The notes beneath the pieces were generated by a model. The model was not told the DNA's origin. It saw only the letters and a list, made by a program, of their open reading frames with translations, and did no database searches. A program made the translations under genes and the position numbers. From Octopus vulgaris (Eukaryota): a stretch of 64,000 bases of DNA. Below, in pieces: positions 59,560-64,000 of the stretch (its first letter is position 1; each line of letters begins with the position of its first letter). The stretch is taken from NCBI GenBank assembly GCA_951406725.2, contig OX597826.1:21142001-21206000 (forward strand). The letters are read 5' to 3'.

Positions 59560-60400
59560 TATGCCAGTTAGTCGGGTGGCCTTCTTTTCTGGATGCGGCC
59601 AAAGGTTTCTGTGTATGCAGCAGGTTTCTCAGTCCCCAGAAAGTAATCCTCCATTGAAGAGCTGGACTGAGTTTCACAGTCATTGAAAGTGGTTCTTGCT
59701 GAGTTAAAGGACGTCTTTCTCGGTCAGAGAGATCGTTGGCCATTGCCAGCATCTGGATCTATTGCAAAGGCTCTCGGTTCGGGTACCTCAAGATTAATCG
59801 GGTGAAGGTGCGAGGAAAATGTTTACTTGACATTAATGTCTTGATTTTCTGAACCAGTGGAAGATGTTTTCGGTGTCTCGCTTCGTGGATTCGATGCGTG
59901 TTTCTGGTGAGTGGATGGCATGTCATTGGGGGAGGTTAAGGAAAAATAAAGAATTGCCATTGAGCAGGTCTTGGAGTTGATGGACGTGGCGGCGTCGAGG
60001 TTGTTGATGTGCAAAAGGAAAATAGTGACGGAGGGACGCAAAACAGAATCCTGACACGGTGGAGTTGTGAGAAGGACGAACGGAAAGAGCTACACAGAGA
60101 AACAAAGGTTTTTGTGGGTTTAAATTGAATCCGTATAATGTATAGAAAATTTGCTTTATAGTTTGTCTGACAGCGTACAACTTGTTATAATAACATCCAT
60201 CGTACAACTAGTTGATAACCCTCAATACATTACGGGTATCTGTCTGGTAGTGATGGTGCTTCAGTCATATTTGTCTAAAGAAAGCTTGGGAGGTAAGTCA
60301 ATAAGTTAAGGTGGTGTTCATGCCTCTCTTACGGATATTTTGAATATTAATGCCAAGCTCAAATAAGGAAGTCAAACAGTCAGAGGAACATTGGGAAAGA
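59560..60400 (-). mobile_element. Old LINE RT fragment (CR1/Jockey group)
   Basis: Degenerate PQGSVL..TIFLLHINNL-like motif near 60000-60060, with GC-richer coding-like sequence and many disruptions. Confidence 0.5.
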
Positions 60401-62584
60401 TGGACTGTGTAGTTCGATCCAGTCAGCGTGCGAAGAACTCTCAGCGCTGGAAACTACGTACGAAACAACACCGGAGACTCAGCTTCTACGGGGTCTCTTG
60501 ACCTGCAAGAAATAGCTGTCGAATCTCACTCAAATTACACCTCACCGCTTTAGAGATTTAGTTGCTGGAAAAAGTTGACTTGGCTTTCCACTACATATGA
60601 AAAAAACGGGATAGTCATGGGTGGAATGCTTTCGACTATAGATATGTTCGATCAGGACTAACTAAATATCAACAATGATGTATATTAAGTAAAATTATCC
60701 GAGCTTAAAACTAAAAAAAAAAAAAAACAGGATTAGTTTAGCCTGGACCTCGGGATCATCAATGATATTCACTCTTTTGGTATATAAACCTGTTTATCAG
60801 GAGTGTGTGTGTGTGTATGTGCGCGCATGTGTATATATATATATATATATGCGTGCTTTAAGTATGTATGTGTGTACGTATGCGTGCATGTAAGTATGTG
60901 TGTGTACGTATATATGTATGTATGTATGTACGTATGTGTGTATGCATGCATACATGTATGTATGTATATATGTATGTGTATATGCATGTATGTATGTGTG
61001 TATGTATGTATGTATGTACGTACGTACGTACGTACGTACGTACGTATGTATGTATGTATGTATGTATGTATGTATGTATGTATGTATGTATGTATGTATG
61101 TATGTATGTATGTATGTATGTATGTATCAGACTCCAGCTCGTATATGACAAGAATATACATTCGTTGTCCACTCAGCTGAATCAGGGCAATACTGGAGAT
61201 AAAGTAGGGGCTGGCATGACCGAGGGGCTAGCATGGCCGAAGGGCTGCCACCCGGGTGCAATCTTAAAGCATGAGAACAATTAGGCCTTATGGGTTTAAG
61301 GGACTTCTACTCATCTGTGTATAATGCGGCTGAATTTGTAGAACATTGCTTTGCCCGTGGGTAGAGGCTCTGAGGAGCTGTTAAAATGACCCTTATATGA
61401 TTGTAGGTTTGATCTCTCCTTCCTTGATGTTACTGTGATGTTTAGATGCATATAGATGTAGTGGTCATCATGCTGGATTGTCTCGACTGTTTGGTAAATT
61501 CAAACCAAGATGGCAAAGCACAACACTGGAATAAGTGGCATTAGATCGTGGGGTGAGGGACATTCGATGAAAGACAAGAAGAAGAAGAAGAAGAAGAAGA
61601 AGAAGAAGAAGAAGAAGAAGAAGAAGAAGAAGAAGAAGAAGAAGAAGAAGGTGTGGTGATATCTGTAAAAATGGTACATTATGAATCATTACAGCATGAT
61701 AGAAAATGTCTTACGGTATTTAGTTCCGACCTCGAATGTTCTCCGTTCAAATCCCATCGAATTCAACTTTCCTTTTCATCCTTCCCGGGCTCATAAAATA
61801 CCAGTTATCTACTTGGGTCTATTTAGTATATTTATGGAGTCTCTTAGATGTCTTTGAAATAATAATTGAAGGCTAAGACTACTACTACCTACAGTTTGTC
61901 ATGTTGGTTCTTAGAGGTACCAGTAAAATACTGAGGTCAATTTAATATTTTTCTACAGCACCCTAGATGGGATTGGAATAGTTGTAGCAGAAATCTAAAT
62001 AATCAGAAGGTCCGTTGTCTTTCATCCGTTCAGGATTAATAAAATATAATACCAGTAATATCCTGAGGACGATATCCACCGCCATGTCTCCCACTGCCAA
62101 AAATTTAAACTCATAGAAACCATTCCTGTAATTTACCTTTGACCTTGACTCAATAATTTTGATATTTTTTTCAATTCCACCACAGGTTTACCATTCCAAG
62201 AAGCCAGGTTTAAAATGGTAAAAGTCCTGGTTAAGGGGAACAAACTCTTACATTTCTTAAAATAAATATGCTTTGGCGACGTTCTGTAGCCACCTCCAAT
62301 TCCCCCACCCCCTCCACCAACTCCGCCGCTCTAATTTTTTTTTTTTTTCTTTTAATTAACAACTCAACACTTACTCGCTCAAACTGATATTATTTTTTTT
62401 CCTTTATAGCAACAATTCCATTTTTTTTTACATCCGTATCCTCCTATCACACGTTCCATTTCCTTGGAAAATTTTCATCGGAAAAACTTCCACAAATTTT
62501 ACGAATTCTTCACAAAAATAAACAATAAAAAAAATTTCCATTTCTTTTCGTGAAATTTTTTAGTTCGGAAGAGCAGAATTTCGC

Positions 62585-62910
62585 TTTCATGCGTTTCAGT
62601 CATTGCACCGTGGCCATGCTGGCTTTCTTTTAAAACCTGGTATTTATTCCATCCGTTTCTTTTGCCGAACTACTAAGTTACGGGGACGTAAAAACACCAA
62701 CACCGGTTACCAAGCGGCGGTGGAGGACAAACACATTCACAAAGACGAGCACACACACTTATATACCTATATATACATATACATACACATGTACGACGGG
62801 CTTCTTTGAGTTTCCGTTTATCAAATTCACTCACAAGGCTCTGATCGACTGGTGTTATAGCAGAAGACACTTGCCCAAGGTGCCGCGCAGTAGGACTGAA
62901 CCTGGGACTG
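62585..62910 (-). mobile_element. SINE family A
   Basis: GTTTCAGTCATT..GGCCATGCTGG ... AGAAGACACTTGCCCAAGGTGCCGCGCAGTAGGACTGAACC. Confidence 0.75.
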
Positions 62911-62984
62911 AGCTTCTAAAACGCCCTTCTTCACCGCACAAACCGATTCAGTAAATTTTAAATGTTTTCTTTCACATTTTCATT

Positions 62985-63066
62985 TGCGTGAGTGTGCGTA
63001 TGTGTGTATGTGTGTGCGTGCGTGTGTGTGTGCGTGTGTGTGCGTGTGTGTGCGTGCGCACACGTG

Positions 63067-63104
<38 letters not shown>

Positions 63105-63245
63105 TATAAATATATAAATATATAAATACATATATATATACATACATATATATATATACATACATATATATATATATACATACATATATATATATACATA
63201 CATATATATATATACATACATATATATATATACATACATATATAC

Positions 63246-63278
<33 letters not shown>

Positions 63279-63283
63279 TATAA

Positions 63284-63338
<55 letters not shown>

Positions 63339-63380
63339 TATAAATACATATATATACATACATATATATATACATACATA

Positions 63381-63434
<54 letters not shown>

Positions 63435-63442
63435 CATACATA

Positions 63443-63483
<41 letters not shown>

Positions 63484-63500
63484 ACATACATATATATATA

Positions 63501-63562
<62 letters not shown>

Positions 63563-63616
63563 TATATATATACACATACATATATATATATACATACATA
63601 TATATATACATACATA

Positions 63617-63657
<41 letters not shown>

Positions 63658-63818
63658 ATATATATACATACATATATATATATACATACATATATACATA
63701 CATATATATATATATACATACATATATATATATACATACATATATATACATATATATATATATGTATATGTATATATATGTATATATATATGTATGTATA
63801 TATATATATGTATGTATA

Positions 63819-63861
<43 letters not shown>

Positions 63862-63887
63862 GTATGTATATATATATGTATGTATAT

Positions 63888-63928
<41 letters not shown>

Positions 63929-63930
63929 TG

Positions 63931-63969
<39 letters not shown>
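62985..63969. repeat. Long (TG)/(TA)/(TACA)/(TATG) low-complexity array
   Basis: Directly visible. It is the source of several spurious ~250-aa ORFs. Confidence 0.95.
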
Positions 63970-63971
<2 letters not shown>

Positions 63972-64000
63972 ATGTTTGTTTTTATGTTCAGTTATAATAA

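Overview
Eukaryotic, AT-rich non-coding DNA saturated with microsatellites ((TA)n, (CA)n, (GATA)n, (TACA)n, (GAA)n, (TTA)n) and transposon debris. The SINE families and repeat landscape look like an octopus/cephalopod genome (inference). Nearly all listed ORFs are translations of simple repeats. The main feature is a near full-length ~5.8 kb Tx1/L1-clade non-LTR retrotransposon on the minus strand (49116-54910). It has an intact 1149-aa ORF2 (APE endonuclease, RT, zinc finger) and a disrupted zinc-knuckle ORF1, and it sits inside a (GATA)n array. A 5'-truncated, clearly diverged relative (58681-59247) sits inside another (GATA)n array, which suggests a GATA-microsatellite-targeting retrotransposon lineage. 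Also present: two complete non-autonomous Helitrons and a third 3' end, three Tc1/mariner relics, a Penelope-like relic, two R4/Dong-like RLE LINE relics, CR1-like RT fragments, many tRNA-derived SINEs, two long palindromes, and one plausible minus-strand exon. No host gene could be identified with confidence.
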